64,000 nucleotides of DNA, taken from assembly GCA_034408725.1 (NCBI GenBank), contig JAWXCN010000098.1, positions 1 through 64,000 on the forward strand, read 5' to 3'. Made by a program: the position numbers and the translations under genes. Origin of the DNA: Candidatus Hydrogenedentota bacterium. Lineage in GTDB: Bacteria; Hydrogenedentota; Hydrogenedentia; Hydrogenedentales; SLHB01. The notes below the pieces were generated by a model. It searched no databases, was not told the DNA's origin, and worked only from the letters and a program-made list of their open reading frames with translations. Shown piece by piece: positions 17,556 to 26,254 of the stretch; the first letter of the stretch is position 1; each line of letters starts with the position of its first letter.

Positions 17556-19235
17556 CTACTTCTTCACCAATTTCCGATACCGGCTCCGGCGATTCTCAAA
17601 CAATTTCGATCCCAATTCCTTCATCCGCCATTCCTCATACTCCTTAAAATTTCCCGTGAACCAGCGCACGACACCCGCGCCTTCAAACGCGATGATATGC
17701 GTGCATACACGGTCCAGGAAGAAACGGTCATGACTTGTGACAAGGACGCAACCGCGAAAGTTCTGAATAGCTTCCTCGAGTAACCGAAGGGTATTCACGT
17801 CCAAATCGTTGGTCGGTTCATCAAGCAGCAGCACGTTTCCGCCTTCCTTCAGGAGCTTCGCAAGATGACAACGGTTGCGCTCGCCGCCCGAAAGTTGATC
17901 GACAGTTTTTTGTTGGTCGGAGCCTTTGAAACCAAATCGCGACAAGTATTGGCGGATGGGCACTTTCTGCTTACCGATGATCACGTCCGTCGCGCCGCCA
18001 CCCACTTCATCCAGCAAACTTTTGCCACCTTCAAACGAAGAATGCTCCTGGTCGACATACGACACATTCACGGTCGAACCGATTTTAACTTCGCCCGCGT
18101 CCAGTTGCTCTTTGCCTACAATCATGCGCATCATCGTCGTCTTCCCGGTACCGTTTGGACCAACAATGCCGACGACCGCCGCCTTGGGCACAATGAACGA
18201 AGCATCCTTAAACAACATGGTGTCGCCATACTGTTTTGCGACATTCTTGAATTCGATCACGTCATCGCCGAGTTCCGGCCCAGGAGCAATGGTGATTACC
18301 GCGCTTTCCTGTTTGCCCGCGGCAGCCTCGCGCGCCACGAGCTGCTCGTAATGCGCAAGCCGGGACCGGCTCAACTCCTGCCGGTCTTTGTTGCTCATGC
18401 GTATCCACGCCAGCTCGTGTTCGAGCGCGCGCCCGCGCGTATTGTCCTTCTTTTCCTCACCCGTGAGTTTGAGCAGTTTTTGTTCGAGCCACGTGGTGTA
18501 ATTGCCTTCCCAGGGAATCCCACGCCCGCCCTCGAGTTCGAGAATCCACTTGGTCACATTATCCAGAAAGTAGCGATCGTGCGTCACGATAATTACGGTG
18601 CCGGGGTACTCGCGCAATTGCATTTCCAGCCAATCAACCGTCTCCGCATCAAGATGGTTGGTAGGTTCATCCAGCAGCAGCAAGTCCGGTTTGTCCAACA
18701 GCGCCTTGCAAAGCGCAACGCGCCGCCGTTCGCCACCGCTCAAGGTGCCAATGACGCGGTCATCGTCCGGCAAACACAGCGCTTCACTTGCGTGGGCGAG
18801 ATGCGTGTCGAGGTTCCACGCATCCGCGGCGTCAAGCTTGTCCTGGAGCACGCCCATTCGATCAATGGCCTTCTCCATCTCATCCTCAGACATTTCCTCG
18901 CCCATTTTCGCCGTCAGGGCTTCATACTCGCGAAGCAAAGCCGTCGTCGCCGCAAACGCAGACTCCAATACATCGCGTACTAACTGTTCCTCGTCAAAGA
19001 TCGGCTCTTGCGGGACGATGCCCGCGCGAAATCCTTTTGTAATGTCTGCGCGTCCGAGAAACTCGTCGTCCATCCCCGCCATGATCTTCAACACGGTGGA
19101 TTTGCCAGACCCGTTCTCGCCCACAATCCCGATCTTCGCGCCCGGATAAAAACTCAGGTACACGTCTTTCAAGACATGTTTCTGTCCATAATGCTTGTTC
19201 AAGCCCATCATCGTAAAAATAAACTGCTCTGCCAT
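17556..19235 (-). CDS. ettA: Energy-dependent translational throttle protein EttA (ABC-F)
   Basis: FIFTM..L.K, LSFYPGAKIG, two NBDs with LSGGE and LDEPTN, no TM segments. Confidence 0.9.
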   Translation of the reverse strand: MAEQFIFTMMGLNKHYGQKHVLKDVYLSFYPGAKIGIVGENGSGKSTVLKIMAGMDDEFLGRADITKGFRAGIVPQEPIFDEEQLVRDVLESAFAATTALLREYEALTAKMGEEMSEDEMEKAIDRMGVLQDKLDAADAWNLDTHLAHASEALCLPDDDRVIGTLSGGERRRVALCKALLDKPDLLLLDEPTNHLDAETVDWLEMQLREYPGTVIIVTHDRYFLDNVTKWILELEGGRGIPWEGNYTTWLEQKLLKLTGEEKKDNTRGRALEHELAWIRMSNKDRQELSRSRLAHYEQLVAREAAAGKQESAVITIAPGPELGDDVIEFKNVAKQYGDTMLFKDASFIVPKAAVVGIVGPNGTGKTTMMRMIVGKEQLDAGEVKIGSTVNVSYVDQEHSSFEGGKSLLDEVGGGATDVIIGKQKVPIRQYLSRFGFKGSDQQKTVDQLSGGERNRCHLAKLLKEGGNVLLLDEPTNDLDVNTLRLLEEAIQNFRGCVLVTSHDRFFLDRVCTHIIAFEGAGVVRWFTGNFKEYEEWRMKELGSKLFENRRSRYRKLVKK

Positions 19236-19255
19236 AATTTCCTAAAACATCCTTT

Positions 19256-19440
19256 CCGTTCGGGAGGGCCCGCGTCCTCGCGGGCTACTGCGTTGTTCGT
19301 ATTCAACCAGGTCCGCAGGTACGCGGACCCGTCCGCGTCGCGCAATGATCCGGTTCGGGAGGGCCCGCGTCCGCGCGGGCTATTGTGTTGTTCGTATTCA
19401 CCAAGTCCGCGGGGACGCGGGCCCTCCCGTGTCGCGATTG
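19256..19440. repeat. Tandem pair of ~95-bp family C repeat doublets
   Basis: Two units CGGGAGGGCCCGCGTCC..GTTGTTCGTATTCA..GTCCGC..ACGCGG. Confidence 0.85.
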
Positions 19441-19443
19441 CAT

Positions 19444-21432
19444 TTACCAATGAATCCCACGCATCAATGCGGCGAACACCATGGCCTCAGCCGAAGGCGT
19501 TTCATCCGCGGGTTCCGTGTCGCCTTTCGCCTTGGCGGAATCGGGAAACAATTTGTACGCGGTGTTCAACACCACATCCGACACGCCAGGCAACAACGTC
19601 GTCATGACCTGCGCGAAAATGCCGAGGCGCGTGGCCACGCGTTTCGGCTGATAGATGATCGCCTGGCACAACATATCCGCGGCTTCTTCCTCCGTCAGCG
19701 CAGGCACATGTTCGTACATGCGCGTGGGATCAATCATCGGCGTGCGTACCAGGGGCATGTTGATTGTCGTAAATTTGACGTTTCGGTCCAGGAACTCCGG
19801 TTGCACGCAACGGGAGAACGCGTCGAGCGCGGCTTTTGACGCCACGTAACCCGAGAATCGCGGTGAATTCGCCAACACTCCCATTGACGACACATTGATA
19901 ATGTGCCCCTGCTGCCGCTCGGACATCTGCGGCAGCACCCCCACGATCAAACGGATCGCGGAAAAATAATTCACCTGCATTAGCCGCTCGAAATCGTGAA
20001 ACCGGTCGTAGGACTGTTTAATTGAACGCCGGATTGACTTGCCTGCATTGTTGACGAGCACATCAATCTGGCCGTGGTCCTTCATGATCAGCTCGAGCGT
20101 TTCGTCGCAATGTTTCATCACGCTGAGATCGGCGGGATAGGTAAATGCGCGGCCCCCGTTGGATTTGATCAGTTCTTTCGCTTCGTCCAACAGTTCCCGG
20201 CGCCGCGCGACGAGGCACACGATGGCGCCGGCGGCGCCGACCTTTATTGCCGTTGCGCGGCCTATGCCAGAAGATGCGCCGGTGATGACCACGACCTTGT
20301 CCCGCACCGCGCCGGCCAGCGAACGGTCGCGATGCAAATCGGGATCAAGATTGCGTTCCCAATAGTCCCAAATGACGGGAGCGTAGGTATCCAGTCGCGG
20401 ACAGGTAATCCCCGATCCTTCCAGTGCGCGCTGTGTGTCGCGAGAATCAAATCGCGTCGGGTAATTGATGTATTGAAGTGTCTCGCGCGGCAGATGAAGA
20501 TCGCGTAACACCGAGTCGATAATCCGCTTTACTGGCGGGACCTGGAGGATCATTTCACGCATGCTTTTGGGAATGATGTCGAGCATGCGAGCATCGATAC
20601 GCATCGCAAACTGCGGCGCCCGCGATGCTTTCGCGAAGACGTTCAAAGCCTCGCCCGAGCGATAGGGTTGCGGATCGGTGAGATGGAACGTGCGGCCGTT
20701 CAATCCCGCCTTGTGCGCAAGGTAGTCGGTCGCTTCCGCCACATAATCGACAGGGACGATGTTGATGCGACCGCCCTCGATGCCCACCAGCGGCACCCAA
20801 GACGGAATAGCATTGCGCACGCGCTGCAAAAATTTGAAGAGGTAATAAGGCCCATCAATTTTGTGGATTTCGCCCGTCTTCGAATGTCCGACGACAATCC
20901 CGGGGCGGTATATGCGAAACGGAATCTTGCATTCAGTGCGCACCACGGCTTCCGCAAACCGTTTGGATTTGAAGTATGGCTGGTCAAAATTCTCGGCCTC
21001 TTCAAACATGTCCTCCTGCCAGTACCCATGAAATAAACCCGCGATTGCGACACTGCTCATGTGATGAAAACATTTCGCTTTCAGCAACTCCGCGAATTGC
21101 ACCGCTTCCCGTGTGCCTTCGACATTGATCCGCATCTGCAACACTTCATCGTCGCTCATCATGTCGTAATGCGCGGCAATGTGAAAAAAATGACGGACCT
21201 TGCCCTGCATTTTCTCGATCACGTCTTTGCGCAACCCGAAATGCGGCTTTGTCAGATCCCCCCGAACAGCGACCAGGCGGTCAGCTTTCAAGCCCAGCTT
21301 CCTGCGCAATGCATCCAACTTGTGCTCGGAATCGTGACGAACGAGGGCGTAGATCGTGCCCTTGCGTTTTACAAGCCGTTCGACAAGATTTCCGCCGATG
21401 AAACCCGTCGCGCCGGTAATGAAGTAACTCAT
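19444..21432 (-). CDS. Two-domain SDR oxidoreductase (fatty acyl-CoA reductase-like)
   Basis: YFITGATGFIG extended SDR domain plus ITGASSGIG/NNAGKSIRR/YVASK classical SDR domain; start ATG 21432. Confidence 0.88.
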   Translation of the reverse strand: MSYFITGATGFIGGNLVERLVKRKGTIYALVRHDSEHKLDALRRKLGLKADRLVAVRGDLTKPHFGLRKDVIEKMQGKVRHFFHIAAHYDMMSDDEVLQMRINVEGTREAVQFAELLKAKCFHHMSSVAIAGLFHGYWQEDMFEEAENFDQPYFKSKRFAEAVVRTECKIPFRIYRPGIVVGHSKTGEIHKIDGPYYLFKFLQRVRNAIPSWVPLVGIEGGRINIVPVDYVAEATDYLAHKAGLNGRTFHLTDPQPYRSGEALNVFAKASRAPQFAMRIDARMLDIIPKSMREMILQVPPVKRIIDSVLRDLHLPRETLQYINYPTRFDSRDTQRALEGSGITCPRLDTYAPVIWDYWERNLDPDLHRDRSLAGAVRDKVVVITGASSGIGRATAIKVGAAGAIVCLVARRRELLDEAKELIKSNGGRAFTYPADLSVMKHCDETLELIMKDHGQIDVLVNNAGKSIRRSIKQSYDRFHDFERLMQVNYFSAIRLIVGVLPQMSERQQGHIINVSSMGVLANSPRFSGYVASKAALDAFSRCVQPEFLDRNVKFTTINMPLVRTPMIDPTRMYEHVPALTEEEAADMLCQAIIYQPKRVATRLGIFAQVMTTLLPGVSDVVLNTAYKLFPDSAKAKGDTEPADETPSAEAMVFAALMRGIHW

Positions 21433-21566
21433 GAAACACCCCTTCAAAACACAGGATTGATAAGAATGGGACGGACCGCGCCGCATAGTGTACCCGCCAC
21501 CGCAACACCCAGACAAACGCCGTTCAGGGCGCGATTCAACCCGTCATTGATTTATCTTGTCCAGAA

Positions 21567-21592
21567 ATGGCGGGTTGGAAAACTTGCCCTCC
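21567..21592. repeat. Dispersed palindromic repeat family D (ATGGCGGGTTGGAAAACCCGCCCTCC)
   Basis: Copies at 42724-42749 (inverted) and 49331-49356. Confidence 0.85.
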
Positions 21593-21680
21593 GCGGTTAC
21601 ACTGCGGAGAGATATTCAAATCCCGGTTCTGTTTCCATAGGAACCATCAACACAGACGCGAAATTTGCGCGTGTCGAGGC

Positions 21681-23105
21681 ATGGCAATGAAACGGCGCAC
21701 CTTTCTTCAAACGGCAACGCTCGGAGCAGCAGTTACCGCGCTCGGTGAATCCACCGGAAAAAAATCGCCGAATCTCGTGTTTGTCTTCGCCGACCAATGG
21801 CGCGCGCAGGCGACTGGCTACTCAGGGGATACCAATGTGCGTACGCCGCATATTGACCGTCTCGCGAGCGAGAGCATCAACTGCCGCAACACGGTTTCCG
21901 GCTGCCCCGTGTGCTCGCCGTATCGTGGCACATTACTTACAGGGCAGTATCCGCATACCCACGGCGTGTTCGTGAATGACGTTCCCCTGAGCAATCGCGC
22001 CGTTTCGTTCGCCCAGGCGTTGAAAACTACGGGATACGACACCGGCTACATCGGCAAATGGCACGTTGATGGTCATGGCCGCTCCAATTTCATTCCGCGC
22101 GAACGCCAACAGGGCTTTGATTACTGGCGCGTGCTCGAATGCACCCATGATTACAACAAGAGCTATTACTACGCCGACGCGGATCCCGAAAAGAGGTTCT
22201 GGGAAGGTTACGACGCCATTGCGCAAACTCGCGACGCACAACAGTACATCCGCGATCACGCCAACGCCGAAAAGCCGTTTGCGCTGTTCTTGTCCTGGGG
22301 TCCGCCGCACGATCCCTATGAAAGCGCACCGGAAGAATATCGCGCGCTCTACGATCCAAATGCGCTGAAGCTCCGCGGCAATGTCCCCACCGAACACGAA
22401 GCATGGGCGCGCCGCATGACCGCGGGCTACTATGCGCATTGCTCTGTGCTGGACAAGTGCACAGGAGACTTGCTGAAAACGCTCGATGAATGCGGCATCG
22501 CCGACGATACCGTATTCGTATTCACATCCGACCACGGCGACATGCTCGGCTCTCAATGGCATACTCATAAACAAAAGCCGTGGGACGAATCGATCCGCGT
22601 GCCGTTCCTGTTGCGCTATCCCCGGGACTTTGGACGTACCGCCCGCATCAGCGACATGATGTTAACTTCGGTTGACCTCATGCCCACGTTGCTCAGTCTA
22701 TGCGGCGTGCCGATTCCGGTTACCGTGGAAGGCGCGGACCGATCTGGCGATCTGACGCGCTCCGGAACCGATGACGACGATGCCGCGCTCCTGTCGTGCT
22801 ACGTGCCGTTCGGCCAATGGATTCCCGCGCGAGGCGGCCGCGAGTTCCGCGGCATCCGCACGCCGCGCTTCACCTACACACGCTCGCTTAACGGCCCGTG
22901 GCAGCTCTACCACAACGAAAAAGATCCGTTTCAACAACAAAATCTCTGCAACATCCCCGGCCACGAAAAACTGCAACGCAGACTAGAAGAAATCCTCGTG
23001 CGCAAACTCGACGAAGCGAACGATTCACTACAGCCCGCAAGTCACTATATTTCAAAATGGGGATACAAAACCGACGAAAACGGCACTGTGGGGTATGCGC
23101 CGTAG
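21681..23105 (+). CDS. Tat-exported Cys-type sulfatase
   Basis: KRRTFL Tat motif, NLVFVFADQ, CSPYR formylglycine motif, GKWH, TSDHG. Confidence 0.93.
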   Translation: MAMKRRTFLQTATLGAAVTALGESTGKKSPNLVFVFADQWRAQATGYSGDTNVRTPHIDRLASESINCRNTVSGCPVCSPYRGTLLTGQYPHTHGVFVNDVPLSNRAVSFAQALKTTGYDTGYIGKWHVDGHGRSNFIPRERQQGFDYWRVLECTHDYNKSYYYADADPEKRFWEGYDAIAQTRDAQQYIRDHANAEKPFALFLSWGPPHDPYESAPEEYRALYDPNALKLRGNVPTEHEAWARRMTAGYYAHCSVLDKCTGDLLKTLDECGIADDTVFVFTSDHGDMLGSQWHTHKQKPWDESIRVPFLLRYPRDFGRTARISDMMLTSVDLMPTLLSLCGVPIPVTVEGADRSGDLTRSGTDDDDAALLSCYVPFGQWIPARGGREFRGIRTPRFTYTRSLNGPWQLYHNEKDPFQQQNLCNIPGHEKLQRRLEEILVRKLDEANDSLQPASHYISKWGYKTDENGTVGYAP

Positions 23106-23140
23106 TGCGCCATGGCACGATGCCATGAGACGGAATTTAT

Positions 23141-23338
23141 ATGATATCGGCGAAAGAAGAAATGAAGCGGCTGATTGATGCGCAACCAGACGATATTTCA
23201 TACGAAGAGTTGGCTCGTGAAATCATCTTTAGCGCGATGGTGAAAAATGGTTTACGCGATTCCGATTCGCGAAAGACTTACTCAGAAGAGGAAATGGAGG
23301 GACGAATTCAGTCTTGGGCGCGAAAGGACGGAATCTGA
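23141..23338 (+). CDS. Small acidic protein, likely addiction-module antitoxin
   Basis: 65 aa, AKEE...LI..QPDD.SYEE...GL.D.......EE pattern typical of antitoxins upstream of RelE/ParE toxins. Confidence 0.6.
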   Translation: MISAKEEMKRLIDAQPDDISYEELAREIIFSAMVKNGLRDSDSRKTYSEEEMEGRIQSWARKDGI

Positions 23339-23339
23339 T

Positions 23340-24182
23340 TCACTTCGAGAACTCAATCGCCCGGCCTCCCCATCTTGGCGCGAATTCGTTGGAGCTCAAT
23401 AACTTTTTCCCCGAACTTGGATCCCAAACCTCGGCTTGGTCATCGGTGACTTGCGCCAGCGTAACGACATGGTTGTCGATTTCGTCTCCTATGTTCACAA
23501 ATAGAATCGCGGGCGGATTCAGTCGCATTATGTCATTGTCTGCGGCTTTCGCTTTCGTACACCGAAAGCCCAGCTTCTGCATCGCGCGAATGATTTGGCC
23601 AGGACTTGTACCGGCTTCCGTGGTACCCAATAGCGTCGCCATTTCGCGTTCTGTAATGGTCACGCCAAGCAATCGCGCCACGTTTGCGCACGCCGCGGCC
23701 CCGCACGTTGCTCCCGAAGTCTGAAGAATGACCCCGTCCGCGGTTTCGCGGTGGATACTCAATTCCGGAGCCGTCGCGAGCGGACTTGTTCGAAAACGGT
23801 GTTCAGTCAGTAAGAGGACGCCAACGCAAAGTAAGGGCAACATCCACCCCAGGGATGGCTTTGACATAATTGCCAGGGTAGATAAAGCAGAAAATGCGAA
23901 CACCATGATTGCAACATTCAGCATCCACAAGGCGGGCGTTGCGTAATACTCGACAAGCAGGGGGAGATACCACGAAAGCGGGGGGTAATTGCGAATAGAA
24001 AGAATGAGGACGTTCGAGAAGAAGAAAACCGTAAACAAAATGACCAACAAACGTACCGTGCGCAATTTCACCGCACCGCGGAGCGATACTCCGCGTTTTC
24101 GCAATGATTGTCCGTGGATAATGCCCGGCGCGATCAATCCCAGTGCAATTAGAATATCGAATGCGATATGCGGCGCGTTCAT
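23340..24182 (-). CDS. Membrane-anchored peptidase C39 family protein
   Basis: About four N-terminal TM helices; QTSGATCGAA, NHVV, VWDP catalytic motifs. Confidence 0.8.
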   Translation of the reverse strand: MNAPHIAFDILIALGLIAPGIIHGQSLRKRGVSLRGAVKLRTVRLLVILFTVFFFSNVLILSIRNYPPLSWYLPLLVEYYATPALWMLNVAIMVFAFSALSTLAIMSKPSLGWMLPLLCVGVLLLTEHRFRTSPLATAPELSIHRETADGVILQTSGATCGAAACANVARLLGVTITEREMATLLGTTEAGTSPGQIIRAMQKLGFRCTKAKAADNDIMRLNPPAILFVNIGDEIDNHVVTLAQVTDDQAEVWDPSSGKKLLSSNEFAPRWGGRAIEFSK

Positions 24183-24191
24183 ATCCGCGAA

Positions 24192-25292
24192 TCAAAAATC
24201 GTATTGACCAATATTCTCTTTCGTAAACACAATCGGATCGCCCAGTATCACTTCGTCTCCATTTAATATGCTCCGCTCGCCGAGACGTCCTGCATTGAAT
24301 GTGCTTGCGCCCGGCGCGAGGTCGCCCTTCGCGGACGCGACTGCCACCTGCACGGCGAGATACCCAAGGTCCACGGGGTTCCACAGCACAAACTTTTTCA
24401 CGGTACCATCCGCGATGTATTGCTTCATGTCGTTCGGTGTCGTGAGGCCGGTCAAAAACACTTTATCCGCTACGCCTGCCTTGCGTATGGCCTCCGCCGC
24501 GCCGGGTAGCGCAACGGAAGTAATCGCAAAGATACCCTGAAGATCGGGATAGGCTTTCAACGAATCCGCGGTCACCTGTGTCGCCAATTCCGCCGATTCT
24601 TCCGATACCTTTGGCGTCTCAGACAGATTCGTCATGTTCGGATACTTTATCTGACGGTATTTCTCCATCTCCGCCATCCAGATATTCTGATTTGCGGCGG
24701 TGAGTGAGCCCGTCATAATGATGTACTTCGCTTCCTGTCCCGCGCCTTCGGCCATGACGTCCATCAGCGCCTGCGCAACGCTTGTGGACGTGCATTGGTT
24801 CACAAAAAAATCGCGCGCGCCTTGTTGCGCATCCGCGTCCCACGCGATGACTTTTATCCCACGTTTACGCGCCTTCTCCAACACCGGCGCAATCGCATCG
24901 GGATCGTTTGGCGCGACTGCAATAGCATCAAATCCCTTCGCTATCCATGTCTCAATCATCTGCGCCTGAAGCTGCACATCGTTCTTCGTAGGCCCGTCAT
25001 ACACCACTTCTACGCCCAACTCCGCGCCCGCTTCTTTCGCGCCTTTCTCCGTGGCATTGAAAAATGGGATACCCACGAGCTTGGGCATGACGCCAATAGT
25101 CATTTTTGTATCTGGTGCCGGTGCCGCAGGCAGTGTACGGGTTTCAGTTCCAGTCGACTCAGAAATTACAGTGGATTCCGGCTGGCTGGGCTGACAACCG
25201 ACGATTGCGAACGCGACAAATACCGCACTGAACGTTGCGAGTTGTTTCTTGCAATCCAAAATCCAAAATCTAAAATCCAAATTCGCCTTCAT
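24192..25292 (-). CDS. Sugar/AI-2 ABC transporter substrate-binding lipoprotein (LsrB/RhaS-like)
   Basis: Lipobox IVGC, MPKLVGIPFF, PNDPDA, LWNP.DLGY; start ATG 25292 coupled to the upstream permease stop. Confidence 0.88.
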   Translation of the reverse strand: MKANLDFRFWILDCKKQLATFSAVFVAFAIVGCQPSQPESTVISESTGTETRTLPAAPAPDTKMTIGVMPKLVGIPFFNATEKGAKEAGAELGVEVVYDGPTKNDVQLQAQMIETWIAKGFDAIAVAPNDPDAIAPVLEKARKRGIKVIAWDADAQQGARDFFVNQCTSTSVAQALMDVMAEGAGQEAKYIIMTGSLTAANQNIWMAEMEKYRQIKYPNMTNLSETPKVSEESAELATQVTADSLKAYPDLQGIFAITSVALPGAAEAIRKAGVADKVFLTGLTTPNDMKQYIADGTVKKFVLWNPVDLGYLAVQVAVASAKGDLAPGASTFNAGRLGERSILNGDEVILGDPIVFTKENIGQYDF

Positions 25293-26254
25293 CTCGTTCC
25301 CCTTGCGCCGATCCATTCGTTGAACACCGCCGTAACTATCAACAACACGCCCACCAGGATAATGATGAACTGCGAGCGCACGCCCGCCATTTCCAGCCCG
25401 TACCGTAGGATACCGAGGATTATAAGGCCGAGCAAAGTCCCCAACACGGAGCCGCTCCCGCCGCTGATGCGCGTGCCACCGACGACCACGCACGCAATTA
25501 CTTCCAGTTCGAGTCCCTGCGCGGTGTCCGCTTTCGCCGTTGCGTACAGCGCGGTATGAAACATTGCGGCAAGCCCGCAGACGGCGCCGCACGCCGTGTA
25601 AATGCCAAACGTCAGCCATTGCACATTGATCGCCGCAAATCGCGCTGCAACAGGATTTTCGCCAATGTATTCGGTGAACCGGCCAACCCATGTGCGCCGC
25701 AACAGCAATCCGCCGGCAACCACTATTGCGATCAGCGCGACGACTGGCACCGGCACATATGCGGGCGCGCGCAACGGCAGCGCAAACAGATCGCCCTGAC
25801 TGATCCATTCAAACCCATCTGGAAACCCGCCTAACGACGCGCCTTTGGTGAATCCCATCGCCAGCCCTCGGAACAACGCCATCGTCGCGAGTGTGACCAC
25901 GAGCGGAGGGACGCCGATAAAGCTGATAATCGAGCCGTTAAACGCGCCCGCACACGCGCCCGCGGCCACCGCGCCCAAACACGCAAGCGCTATAGGCAGG
26001 TGCGCATCGTTAAACAGAATCCCAAGGGTGATTCCCGAGAGCGCAACAATCGAAGCCACGGACAGATCGATGCCAGCCGTCGCGATGATAAACGTCATCG
26101 GTACAGCGATCATCCCCGGAACAACCCAATACCGCGCGCGGTTCAGAATGTTGAACCAGTCGAAGAATCCTTCGACGCCGATGCTAAATGCGACAAACAT
26201 CACCACAAGAACGGCGAACAGCGCCATCTCGCGTCGCAAAAGCGAGCGCATCAT
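25289..26254 (-). CDS. Sugar ABC transporter permease
   Basis: GIDLSVAS, ELEVIACVVVGGT.ISGGSG, hydrophobic. Confidence 0.92.
   Translation of the reverse strand: MMRSLLRREMALFAVLVVMFVAFSIGVEGFFDWFNILNRARYWVVPGMIAVPMTFIIATAGIDLSVASIVALSGITLGILFNDAHLPIALACLGAVAAGACAGAFNGSIISFIGVPPLVVTLATMALFRGLAMGFTKGASLGGFPDGFEWISQGDLFALPLRAPAYVPVPVVALIAIVVAGGLLLRRTWVGRFTEYIGENPVAARFAAINVQWLTFGIYTACGAVCGLAAMFHTALYATAKADTAQGLELEVIACVVVGGTRISGGSGSVLGTLLGLIILGILRYGLEMAGVRSQFIIILVGVLLIVTAVFNEWIGARGTR

Noticed and set aside
17865-18983. 372-aa plus-strand ORF
   Set aside because: Antisense shadow of ettA
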